Below are positions 25,954-34,321 of a stretch of DNA of 64,000 bases, one piece after another. The notes beneath the pieces are model-generated. The model worked only from the letters and a program-made list of their open reading frames with translations. It had not been told where the DNA came from and ran no database searches. The stretch's first letter is position 1; each line of letters starts with the position of its first letter. Source of the DNA: SAR202 cluster bacterium (GTDB lineage: Bacteria > Chloroflexota > Dehalococcoidia > Lucifugimonadales > UBA2962); assembly GCA_022447925.1 (NCBI GenBank), contig JAKUTS010000001.1, positions 79,892-143,891 on the forward strand, written 5' to 3'. The position numbers and the translations under genes were made by a program.

Positions 25954-28699
25954 AGATCTAGTCATCAATATTGATGGTAAAGAGATTAAAGCTAAGCCTG
26001 GACAAATGATTCTTCAGGCAGCAATGGACGCTGGAGTTTACATTCCATATCTATGTTACTACCCTGGCACTAAACCTTTCGGTGCGTGCCGTATGTGTGT
26101 TGTGTCAGTCGATGGTGTCCGAGGAACTCCGGCATCTTGTACAACACCAGTTAGTCCAGACATGATTGTAAAAACTGATACAGCTGAGATTGTTGAGCTA
26201 CGGAGAGGCATCATGGACTTGCTTCTGTCTGAGCACCCACATGGATGTTTAACATGCCATAGGATCGAGTTATGTGGACCAACAGATGTATGTTTGCGTC
26301 ATGTATCAGTAAATGATCGTTGTGTTACATGCCCAAAGAACGAGAGATGTGAATTAAAAGACACTGTTCGTTGGTTAGAGATGGACATGGAAACTCCGCT
26401 TACATACCAGAATCGGCAGATACCTTTGAAGACAGCTGATCCATTCTGGGATATGGACATGAACTTATGTATTGTTTGTGGGCGTTGTGTCAGAGTATGC
26501 GATGAGATTAGAGGTGATAGCGCTTTAACATTTTTAAATCGAGCAGGAAAGACCGTAATCGGTACCTCTCAAGGCACCTCATTGCTCGAGTCAGGTTGTG
26601 AGTTTTGTGGAGCTTGTATTGATGCTTGTCCAACTGGAGCATTAGTCGAACGGGATTACAAATGGGATAAAGCAATAAAGACTGTGGAGTCAGTCTGCCC
26701 TCATTGTCCCGTTGGATGTAGCATGAAGCTCGAAATAAATAAAAGAGACAAACTTATTCGCGCAATTCCAGACAGTCAATCGTCAGTTAATAGAGGTCAA
26801 TCTTGCTACAAAGGAAAATTTGGGAACAATTTTGTTAACAGTAAAAAAAGAATAAAAGCTCCGATGATTAGAAGTGAGGGGGAATTAAAGGAAGTAGGTT
26901 GGAATGAAGCAATTTCAACGCTTACTGAAAAACTTGATCCCTATAGAAATAATAACGAATATTATTTACTACAATCTCCGAGATCAACTAATGAAGAAGC
27001 TTTCATATCTCAAAAATTTGCACGTAGTGTTATGGGTACAAATAATGTAAATGTATCTTCGAATACTAGGCCTGAATTGGTTGAATATTTGGGTCAAATG
27101 CTTGGAAATTATGCCGGAACAAATTCCATTTGGGATCTCGAAAAGTCGCAGGCATTTCTGGTTGTTTCAGCCAATATGACAGAACAGCATAATGTAGCTG
27201 CATTACCAATAAAACAGGCAGTTAAAAATGGATCTGATCTTATTGTTATTGATCAACGAGAAACTGAATTGACCAAAATCGCGTCTATTTGGCTAAGGCC
27301 AAAGCCAAACACCGAGACCGTTCTCATTGGTTCAATTCTAAAAGTTATTATTGACGAAACTTTAGATGATCATGATTTCATAAATGATTACACTGACGAT
27401 TCGGAAAAGATGAGGAAATCTGTCGTTTCATTTGACATTGTTAAAGCAGAGAATATAACTGGAATACCAGTAGATGAAATAAGAAAGACAGCGCGGATCA
27501 TTGCACATGCCAAGCCCCTTTCCGTGCTCTATGCACTTGAAACACTTAATGAGGCAGTTAGACCTGATTGTGTAAAGGCTCTGATAAATTTATCGATGGC
27601 TACAGGAAATATAGGAATTGTAGGCGGAGGCTTATATCCATTGCTTAATGGAGCCAACGAACAGGGCGCTAAGGACTCAGGATGTATGCCTGATAAGTTG
27701 CCTGGGTATATAGATTTAGATAATGATCTTCGAATATCAGAATATGAAAAAATGGCTGGCTATTCGGTTCCAAAAACTCCAGGATGGTCTATAGATGAAA
27801 TGGCCGGTGCAGTAAAGTCTGGTCGATTAAAAGCTTTACATGTCATCGGTGATAGCCCTTCACTAGTTAACGGTGAATTAGCTGAATTGGTCAATTCTAT
27901 AGATAAGCTAGAACTATTGATTGTGCATGCTTCTTTAGAAAATGAACTTACAGCAAATGCCGACATTGTTTTACCTGCAGAAACTTTTGCTGAAGCTGAG
28001 GGGACCTACACCAATTTAGAGAGAAGAGTGCAGATATTAAATCCGGCTATATCGGCGAAAGGCTATCAAACGCCGAGTTGGAGTGTTTTGAATCAAGTAG
28101 CAAATGCATTGAGTGTAAGTGGTTTTGAATATCAGACATCGATGCAAATATTTGACGAGATTCGCCGTCAGTCAGATGTATACAAGGGTATTTCATACGA
28201 AAAATTAAAAAGCACCTCAGGTGTTCAGTGGCCATGTTCACATAAAGAATCGGATGGGTCATCAACCCTATATTCCAAACAAAAACCTGATATTAAAAGA
28301 AGCAGATTTGTAAGTGTAGAATTACAAATTCCTACTGATTCTGATAATACAAATTACGGTTTTATTTTAGCTGAAGGAAGGGTCCTTCTGCAGTCGGAAC
28401 GTACATTTGAACTAGTAAAAAATAACAAAAGAAATGAGATATCTCGGGAAGAAATCTTAGAGATTCATCCCAAAGATGCAGAAGGTTTAAATCTTAAAGA
28501 AGGAGACCTTGTTGAGCTTGAGAGGGATGATATAAAAGTAAAATTGAAGGTTCATATTAACGGGATACAGCAGGGCTTGGTTGCTACTACTGAACTATTT
28601 GGATCATACGCTGGAAGGTTAGATTTAACTTCTGATCCCGACCCTGTATTAAATTCAAAGAACCTATCTTTGATTCCGGTTAAATTAAAAACCGTATAA
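25946..28699 (+). CDS. NuoG / formate-dehydrogenase-alpha-like Fe-S + molybdopterin-domain subunit (catalytic Cys/Sec position not conserved)
   Basis: N-terminal [2Fe-2S] (CYYPG...CRMCVV). His-ligated cluster HPHGCLTCHRIELC. Two ferredoxin-type CxxCxxCxxxCP motifs. Mo-domain cluster CPHCPVGCS...CYKG. Preferred start is ATG 25946 (GGAGA 5 nt upstream, ATGAGTGA overlap with nuoF-like stop) rather than the track's 25883. Confidence 0.85.
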   Translation: MSEDLVINIDGKEIKAKPGQMILQAAMDAGVYIPYLCYYPGTKPFGACRMCVVSVDGVRGTPASCTTPVSPDMIVKTDTAEIVELRRGIMDLLLSEHPHGCLTCHRIELCGPTDVCLRHVSVNDRCVTCPKNERCELKDTVRWLEMDMETPLTYQNRQIPLKTADPFWDMDMNLCIVCGRCVRVCDEIRGDSALTFLNRAGKTVIGTSQGTSLLESGCEFCGACIDACPTGALVERDYKWDKAIKTVESVCPHCPVGCSMKLEINKRDKLIRAIPDSQSSVNRGQSCYKGKFGNNFVNSKKRIKAPMIRSEGELKEVGWNEAISTLTEKLDPYRNNNEYYLLQSPRSTNEEAFISQKFARSVMGTNNVNVSSNTRPELVEYLGQMLGNYAGTNSIWDLEKSQAFLVVSANMTEQHNVAALPIKQAVKNGSDLIVIDQRETELTKIASIWLRPKPNTETVLIGSILKVIIDETLDDHDFINDYTDDSEKMRKSVVSFDIVKAENITGIPVDEIRKTARIIAHAKPLSVLYALETLNEAVRPDCVKALINLSMATGNIGIVGGGLYPLLNGANEQGAKDSGCMPDKLPGYIDLDNDLRISEYEKMAGYSVPKTPGWSIDEMAGAVKSGRLKALHVIGDSPSLVNGELAELVNSIDKLELLIVHASLENELTANADIVLPAETFAEAEGTYTNLERRVQILNPAISAKGYQTPSWSVLNQVANALSVSGFEYQTSMQIFDEIRRQSDVYKGISYEKLKSTSGVQWPCSHKESDGSSTLYSKQKPDIKRSRFVSVELQIPTDSDNTNYGFILAEGRVLLQSERTFELVKNNKRNEISREEILEIHPKDAEGLNLKEGDLVELERDDIKVKLKVHINGIQQGLVATTELFGSYAGRLDLTSDPDPVLNSKNLSLIPVKLKTV

Positions 28700-28805
28700 T
28701 AGAAAAGAAGCAAATAAACTTCTAATCATTTTGCTAATCACTTTTTGACACTCTAATTTAGGGCGTCAGAAAAATTTCTTTTTAAATATTATGTGAGAGT
28801 TATTA

Positions 28806-29588
28806 GTGACAAATATAAAAGAGCCAGTAAAAAATTTCAAAAGTCAAAAAAAATTATTGAATGTTAAGGTCACAAAAAGACAAGACATTACTAATGATTT
28901 GTTAAAAATTTGGATTGAAAAACCTGAAGGATATACATTTAAACCTGGACAGTACTGCACGATAGGAATAAATGGTATTGAAAGGGCATATTCTATAGTT
29001 TCGGCACCTTATGAGCGCGACATTGAATTATTTGTGGAGTTAGTACCTGAAAATGAAGGTGGTGTTTTAACTCCATTAATATGGGATTTAGTTACTGGAG
29101 ATACAGTTACAATGCGACCAAGGGCAAAGGGCATTTTTGTTTTCAACAGTCAATGGAGAAAACATTTGTTAGTTGCTACCGTTACAGGCGTGGTTCCATA
29201 TGTAAGTTTTGTTAGAGATTACATAAAAAAAATTGAAAATCAGGAAGTAGAATCCATTCAACACGAAATGCACATATTAATGGGTGCTAGTTATCTCGAT
29301 GAATTTACATATGACATAGAACTGGAGGCTGCTGCTTCTAAATACCCTGGTTTAGTGACATTTGTGCCTACTGTAAGTAGACCGGATGAGCAAAAGAATG
29401 CATCATGGGTAGGGGCGAGCGGCAGAGTTAATGCAATTGTAGAAGACTACGTAAATGATAATGATCTTTCATCCGAAGATACTTTAATATATGCATGTGG
29501 CCATCCAGGGATGATCGAAGATGTTAAGGAGAAAATGGTTCCACTTGGCTTTACGGTTGATGAAGAGAGGTTTTGGAAGGAAGATTAA
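28806..29588 (+). CDS. ferredoxin-NADP(+) reductase family flavoprotein
   Basis: FAD-binding RAYSIVS (RxYS) motif, an NAD(P)-binding TGVVP segment and C-terminal YACGHPGMIE. 260 aa, GTG start. Confidence 0.8.
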   Translation: MTNIKEPVKNFKSQKKLLNVKVTKRQDITNDLLKIWIEKPEGYTFKPGQYCTIGINGIERAYSIVSAPYERDIELFVELVPENEGGVLTPLIWDLVTGDTVTMRPRAKGIFVFNSQWRKHLLVATVTGVVPYVSFVRDYIKKIENQEVESIQHEMHILMGASYLDEFTYDIELEAAASKYPGLVTFVPTVSRPDEQKNASWVGASGRVNAIVEDYVNDNDLSSEDTLIYACGHPGMIEDVKEKMVPLGFTVDEERFWKED

Positions 29589-29690
29589 ACAAACTTCCTC
29601 ATGTGAAAATCAGGCGATTTAATCTGTAAACATATTAGTCAGTTCTACAAGTTTTTTGTCTACTGATATCTACACAGCTACAATGACTAA

Positions 29691-32270
29691 ATGACTACAC
29701 CAGCACGTCTTCAATATCTTAATATTAAAAAACAATATTCTGAAGAAATATTGTTTTTCAGAATGGGTGATTTCTATGAGACATTTGATGATGATGCTGA
29801 AATTGTATCTCGGGTATTAGAAATAGCTCTAACGTCTAGGGAATTTGGCAAGAGTAATCGTATTCCAATGGCAGGTATTCCCTATCACGCATTAAATAAC
29901 TATCTTGGGAAATTGATACAAAAAGGTTATAAAGTAGCTTTGTGTGAACAGGTTTCTGAAGTTGGAGAATCTAAAGGACCGGTTGATAGAGCAGTTGTTA
30001 GAGTTGTCACTGCTGGGACTATTATCGAAGATAATATGCTGGACCCTAAAACTAATAATTATTTAGCTGCAATTATTCTAGGAGATAAACAAGCCGGGCT
30101 CGCGTATACAGATATCACTACAGGTCAATTTTTAACATCGCAAATCCCAATTGATAAATTAGAGGCTCAACTAACAACATTAAATCCTAGAGAAATCCTG
30201 GTTAGCGACAGTAATGGATTAAATTTTGGAGATCTATCGCTTAGTAGTTTGCCAAATGTATCTGACAGTATAGAAAATTCAACCAAAGCTTTGAAAATTC
30301 ATTTTAAAGTTCATTCATTAGATTCATTTGGTATTAAAAATTCCCCACTAGCAATTCGTGCGGCAGCAGGAATATTGGCATATTTGCAGAAAAACCAACC
30401 GGATGCTCTTTCAACAGTACATGCCATAAAAAGTTTTTCAATCGACACGCATATGGTTTTAGACCGGCAAACTAGTCATAATTTAGAACTGTTTCAAAGT
30501 GGAAGATGGGGTGATCAGCACACTAGCTTGTTTATTGTATTAAATAAAACTTTTACACCAATGGGAGCCAGGTTGCTAAAGGAATGGATTAGTCGTCCGT
30601 TAGTTGGAATTAACCCGTTGGTAACAAGACAGAAAACAGTAGATTGGTTTTACACGAGTTCACAAGCACGTGAGAAAGTCGCATCTTTGCTAAGACGGAT
30701 TTCGGATATCGAACGTTTAATAAATAAAACTAAATCTGGCTCTGCTAATCCCAACGATTTAATAGCAATTAAGGATAGTCTGGCTAAAATACCAAAAATT
30801 AAAGAAATTTTAGTTGATACAACTATTACGGAGATTAATAGCATTTCGGATCAATTATCTGATCATCAAGAAATAATTAAGTTGATCGAAAAATCTATTC
30901 TTGAACAACCGAGCCAGACTGTAGGTGATGGGAAAGTAATAAAGTCAGGATATTCAAATGAATTAGACGAAGTTAGAGCTGATGCGGGATCTGCAATTGA
31001 CTATATTTCCAGGCTAGAAACCGATGAAAGACAACGTACTGGTATTAAATCGCTCAAGGTAAGTTATAACAAGGTGTTTGGGTATTATATAGAGGTCAAT
31101 AAAAGCCACATATCCAAGGTGCCATCTAATTATATTAGGCGGCAAACTCTTACTAGTTCAGAGCGGTATATAACTCCTGAGATGAAAGAATATGAATCTA
31201 GAGTTTTATCTGCTAAAGACAAGATAAACGAACTCGAAAAAATCATATATAGGCAAGTTTGTGTCGATGTTTCGCAATCATATGAAAATATTCTTGATAC
31301 TGCTGCGGCTATTGCTAATATCGATGTGGTTCGCTCTTTAGCGGAAGTGGCTGTGTTGAATAAATACGTAAAGCCGACATTAAATAATGAAACCTCTATT
31401 GTGATTAAAGATGGTAGGCATCCAACTGTAGAAAAACTAGTGCCATATGGAGAATTTGTTCCTAACAATGCTGATTTATCTAATGATGATGCTCAACTGA
31501 TCGTTTTAACTGGGCCAAATATGTCTGGTAAATCTACGTATATTAGGCAGGTAGCATTAATAGTTCTTATGGCGCAGATTGGTAGTTTTGTTCCGGCTAG
31601 TGAAGCTGAAATTGGGTTAGTTGATCGAATATTTACACGTGTCGGATTGAATGATGATATAGCTTTAGGTCAATCGACCTTTATGGTTGAGATGGTGGAA
31701 ACTGCATCAATCTTAAATCAAGCAACAAGTAAATCCTTAATAGTGCTAGATGAAGTCGGCCGCGGTACATCTACTTATGACGGGTTGGCAATAGCTCAGT
31801 CAATAATCGAATATATTCATTGTAACTCTGAGTTGAAATGTAGAACTTTATTTGCAACTCATTATCATGAATTGATTAGCATGGCAGAAGAGTTTCCTCG
31901 AATAAAAAATTATAATGTGCGGGTTTCTGAGAATAAGGATGGAGTGGTATTTTTACACAATATTGTTCCAGGTGCCGCGACACGTAGTTATGGAATTCAT
32001 GTGGCTAAATTGGCAGGGTTGCCGAAAGAAGTTGTAAAACGAGCTGGTCTTATATTAGATCAATTAGAGTCAGTCGATACATCTTCATATAAAAGTAGCG
32101 ACATAATTAATAATGGCCAGCTATCATTTGAATTTTCCGAGTCTAAATTACTAGAAATTCTAACAAGCTTGAATCTTGAAACGATGACACCTTTAGAAGC
32201 TATTACTAAGCTGTATGAATTAAAAGAAGTAGTTAGTCAAAATGAAGAAGATAGGCAGATAAAATTCTAA
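29691..32270 (+). CDS. mutS: DNA mismatch repair protein MutS
   Basis: N-terminal TPARLQYLNIKKQY...FFRMGDFYETF mismatch-binding motif. Walker A GPNMSGKST. STFMVEM, DEVGRGTSTYDG. 859 aa. Confidence 0.95.
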   Translation: MTTPARLQYLNIKKQYSEEILFFRMGDFYETFDDDAEIVSRVLEIALTSREFGKSNRIPMAGIPYHALNNYLGKLIQKGYKVALCEQVSEVGESKGPVDRAVVRVVTAGTIIEDNMLDPKTNNYLAAIILGDKQAGLAYTDITTGQFLTSQIPIDKLEAQLTTLNPREILVSDSNGLNFGDLSLSSLPNVSDSIENSTKALKIHFKVHSLDSFGIKNSPLAIRAAAGILAYLQKNQPDALSTVHAIKSFSIDTHMVLDRQTSHNLELFQSGRWGDQHTSLFIVLNKTFTPMGARLLKEWISRPLVGINPLVTRQKTVDWFYTSSQAREKVASLLRRISDIERLINKTKSGSANPNDLIAIKDSLAKIPKIKEILVDTTITEINSISDQLSDHQEIIKLIEKSILEQPSQTVGDGKVIKSGYSNELDEVRADAGSAIDYISRLETDERQRTGIKSLKVSYNKVFGYYIEVNKSHISKVPSNYIRRQTLTSSERYITPEMKEYESRVLSAKDKINELEKIIYRQVCVDVSQSYENILDTAAAIANIDVVRSLAEVAVLNKYVKPTLNNETSIVIKDGRHPTVEKLVPYGEFVPNNADLSNDDAQLIVLTGPNMSGKSTYIRQVALIVLMAQIGSFVPASEAEIGLVDRIFTRVGLNDDIALGQSTFMVEMVETASILNQATSKSLIVLDEVGRGTSTYDGLAIAQSIIEYIHCNSELKCRTLFATHYHELISMAEEFPRIKNYNVRVSENKDGVVFLHNIVPGAATRSYGIHVAKLAGLPKEVVKRAGLILDQLESVDTSSYKSSDIINNGQLSFEFSESKLLEILTSLNLETMTPLEAITKLYELKEVVSQNEEDRQIKF

Positions 32271-32329
32271 AATTCTGTATTTAAATGAATTAGTGAAATA
32301 AGATAACGCAATATAGGGAGTCTAGTTTA

Positions 32330-33124
32330 ATGAATATACAAACATTTCCGACCAATCCAAAAGCAATTAGAGATTTAATTAGGAATGGTGAGGTGGATAA
32401 GTCCACAGCGGGTATGGCTCCTGGATATGTTCAGGCAAACTTGGTTATTGTTCATAAAGATCTTGCTTTTGAATTCTTGCTCTTTTGTAATCGTAATCCT
32501 AAACCATGTCCAGTTCTGGAAGTTACTGAAGTAGGTTCATATGAACCTGTAATATTGGCTCCCGGATCAGACCTGAGGTATGACATACCAAAGTACCGAG
32601 TATATAGGCATGGCGAGTTAGAAGCTGAAGTTACGGATATCGCTGAATATTGGACTAGCGACATGGTAGCTTTTCTTACTGGATGTAGTTTTGGGTTTGA
32701 AACGGCTTTGATAAGGGCGGGTATACCTCTTCGGCATATTGAAACTGAAACTACTGTTCCAATGTTTATTACCAATATACCTACCAATTCAGCAGGATCT
32801 TTTTCAGGGCCAATGGTTGTATCAATGAGGCCTATAAAAAAAGACCAGGTTGTTAGATCAGTTCAGGTTACATCTCGGTTTCCATCGGTGCATGGAGCCC
32901 CAGTGCAGATTGGCAATCCTAAAGAAATTGGTATTGAGGATATTAATAAACCTGATTTAGGAGAACCGATTGAAGTAAAAAGTGATGAGGTGCCGGTATT
33001 TTGGGCTTGTGGAGTTACTCCGCAAGCAGTAGCTATGAATTCTAAACCTGATTTAATGATTACTCATGCTCCGGGGTACATGTTTATTACCGACGCTATT
33101 GATGAAGAATACTCAGTGTTGTAA
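32330..33124 (+). CDS. DUF1445 / UPF0317 putative hydro-lyase (D-glutamate cyclase-like domain)
   Basis: Signature IRDLIRNGEVDKSTAGMAPGYVQANLVIVHKDLAFEFLLFCNRNPKPCPVL matches the UPF0317 family N-terminus. 264 aa. Confidence 0.85.
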   Translation: MNIQTFPTNPKAIRDLIRNGEVDKSTAGMAPGYVQANLVIVHKDLAFEFLLFCNRNPKPCPVLEVTEVGSYEPVILAPGSDLRYDIPKYRVYRHGELEAEVTDIAEYWTSDMVAFLTGCSFGFETALIRAGIPLRHIETETTVPMFITNIPTNSAGSFSGPMVVSMRPIKKDQVVRSVQVTSRFPSVHGAPVQIGNPKEIGIEDINKPDLGEPIEVKSDEVPVFWACGVTPQAVAMNSKPDLMITHAPGYMFITDAIDEEYSVL

Positions 33125-33153
33125 TCGAATTAAGAAAACTAAGAGGGTTAAAT

Positions 33154-34008
33154 ATGGAAACGATTGAAGATATTATTTTAGATCACGACAGGAGAGGTAT
33201 CTCGTTATTAAGAGAACACTTGCCAATAAACTTTTGTGGCTCGGCTGCAGAAATTTTATCAGAAAATTCAGGCACAGTATTTATTGTAACGGGCTTTTAT
33301 ATTCTTGCAGCTGAGGCTACTGAAACCGATGGCCCTCCTGGTGCAGTAGTGATTGGAGAGGCCTTATCGAAGTTGGACTACAAAGTGGTTTATATATCTG
33401 ATTTGTATACCACACCACTTATTCGGTCAGTCGTTGGAAATTCAGCAGAAGTAATAGATTTTCCTATATTTTCAAACGAAGAGAGTAATAATTTTGCAAA
33501 TGAATTGTTAAAAACACATCGCCCTTCTGTAGTTGTTGGTATAGAGAGATGCGGGTTTACTGACGAATATAAATTTAGAAATATGCATGGCAAAGATATA
33601 TCGGAGTACAACGCGAAGACAGATTATCTTTTTACAAACCATCAAAATACCGTTGCGGTTGGAGATGGAGGCAATGTGGTAGGCATGGGTAATTGCGATC
33701 AGATAATTGCCAATAACCCAAAGATACTAATTGAGAAACCATGTATTACTAAAGTAAACGAACTTATTGTTGCAAGCACCTCTAATTGGGGAGGATATGG
33801 TTTAATCGCAGCTTTATCGGAGAAAAAAAATATTAATTTACTTCCTTCAATTCAGAGAGAATTGGAGATTTTAGATGGATTTGTAGAGGCTGGAGCAGTT
33901 GATGGGGTTTCTCAAAAACAAGTTAGCAATGTTGACGGGTTCTCTACAGAGGAAAACAGCGCCATCTTGGAGCGACTCCATAATTATCTTCAGTCAATTG
34001 GTATATAA
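33154..34008 (+). CDS. DUF4392 domain protein (second D-glutamate cyclase-associated domain)
   Basis: Motifs DHDRRGISLL, FIVTGFYI and TETDGPPGA, later VGDGGN, typical of DUF4392. 284 aa. Confidence 0.8.
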   Translation: METIEDIILDHDRRGISLLREHLPINFCGSAAEILSENSGTVFIVTGFYILAAEATETDGPPGAVVIGEALSKLDYKVVYISDLYTTPLIRSVVGNSAEVIDFPIFSNEESNNFANELLKTHRPSVVVGIERCGFTDEYKFRNMHGKDISEYNAKTDYLFTNHQNTVAVGDGGNVVGMGNCDQIIANNPKILIEKPCITKVNELIVASTSNWGGYGLIAALSEKKNINLLPSIQRELEILDGFVEAGAVDGVSQKQVSNVDGFSTEENSAILERLHNYLQSIGI

Positions 34009-34021
34009 ATAAATACCAATT
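33996..34021. terminator. AT-rich hairpin between convergent genes (candidate bidirectional terminator)
   Basis: AATTGGTAT (33996-34004) pairs with ATACCAATT (34013-34021) around an 8-nt loop that contains the DUF4392 stop codon. It lies between convergent DUF4392 and rpsT. The stem is weak (AT-rich). Confidence 0.35.
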
Positions 34022-34038
34022 CCGAACGTCAATCAGAA

Positions 34039-34302
34039 TTACGATTTTTCTTTCTTGGCTGCGGCCAGCTGAGTCATAATGCGTGATTTGCGTCTAGATG
34101 CGTTAGATTTATGGATCGCGCCTTTTTTAGCCGCTCTGTCTAGAGCTGAAACAGCATCTTGCACAAACTCTTGAGCGTTATCAAGTTCATTGGATTCAAT
34201 GGAGCTTCTTGCTGATGCGATTAAATTTTTAGCTTTAGTTCGTAGAGGTGCGTTGCGTAAAGTTCTGCGAACCGACACGCGATGTGATTTTTTACTTGGC
34301 AT
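34039..34302 (-). CDS. rpsT: 30S ribosomal protein S20
   Basis: 87 aa, basic and helical. Sequences SKKSHRVSVRRTLRN...RTKAKN...AKKGAIHKNKASRRKSR are typical of S20. Confidence 0.95.
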   Translation of the reverse strand: MPSKKSHRVSVRRTLRNAPLRTKAKNLIASARSSIESNELDNAQEFVQDAVSALDRAAKKGAIHKSNASRRKSRIMTQLAAAKKEKS

Positions 34303-34321
34303 TAATAAATACTCCGAATTA

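Noticed and set aside
25946-28699. Annotating the large Fe-S/molybdopterin subunit as a catalytic NAD-dependent formate dehydrogenase alpha subunit, or as a Sec-containing FDH.
   Set aside because: The segment co-linear with the FdhF Sec-His site reads VSSNTRPELV, with no Cys, His or in-frame TGA. It is called NuoG/Fdh-like with unknown activity instead.
28735-28775. Imperfect inverted repeat CTTTTTGAC ... GTCAGAAAAA after the NuoG-like gene, considered as an intrinsic terminator.
   Set aside because: The stem is only about 4-5 bp, with a mismatch and a long loop, and lacks a proper GC-rich stem. This is not enough for a terminator call.
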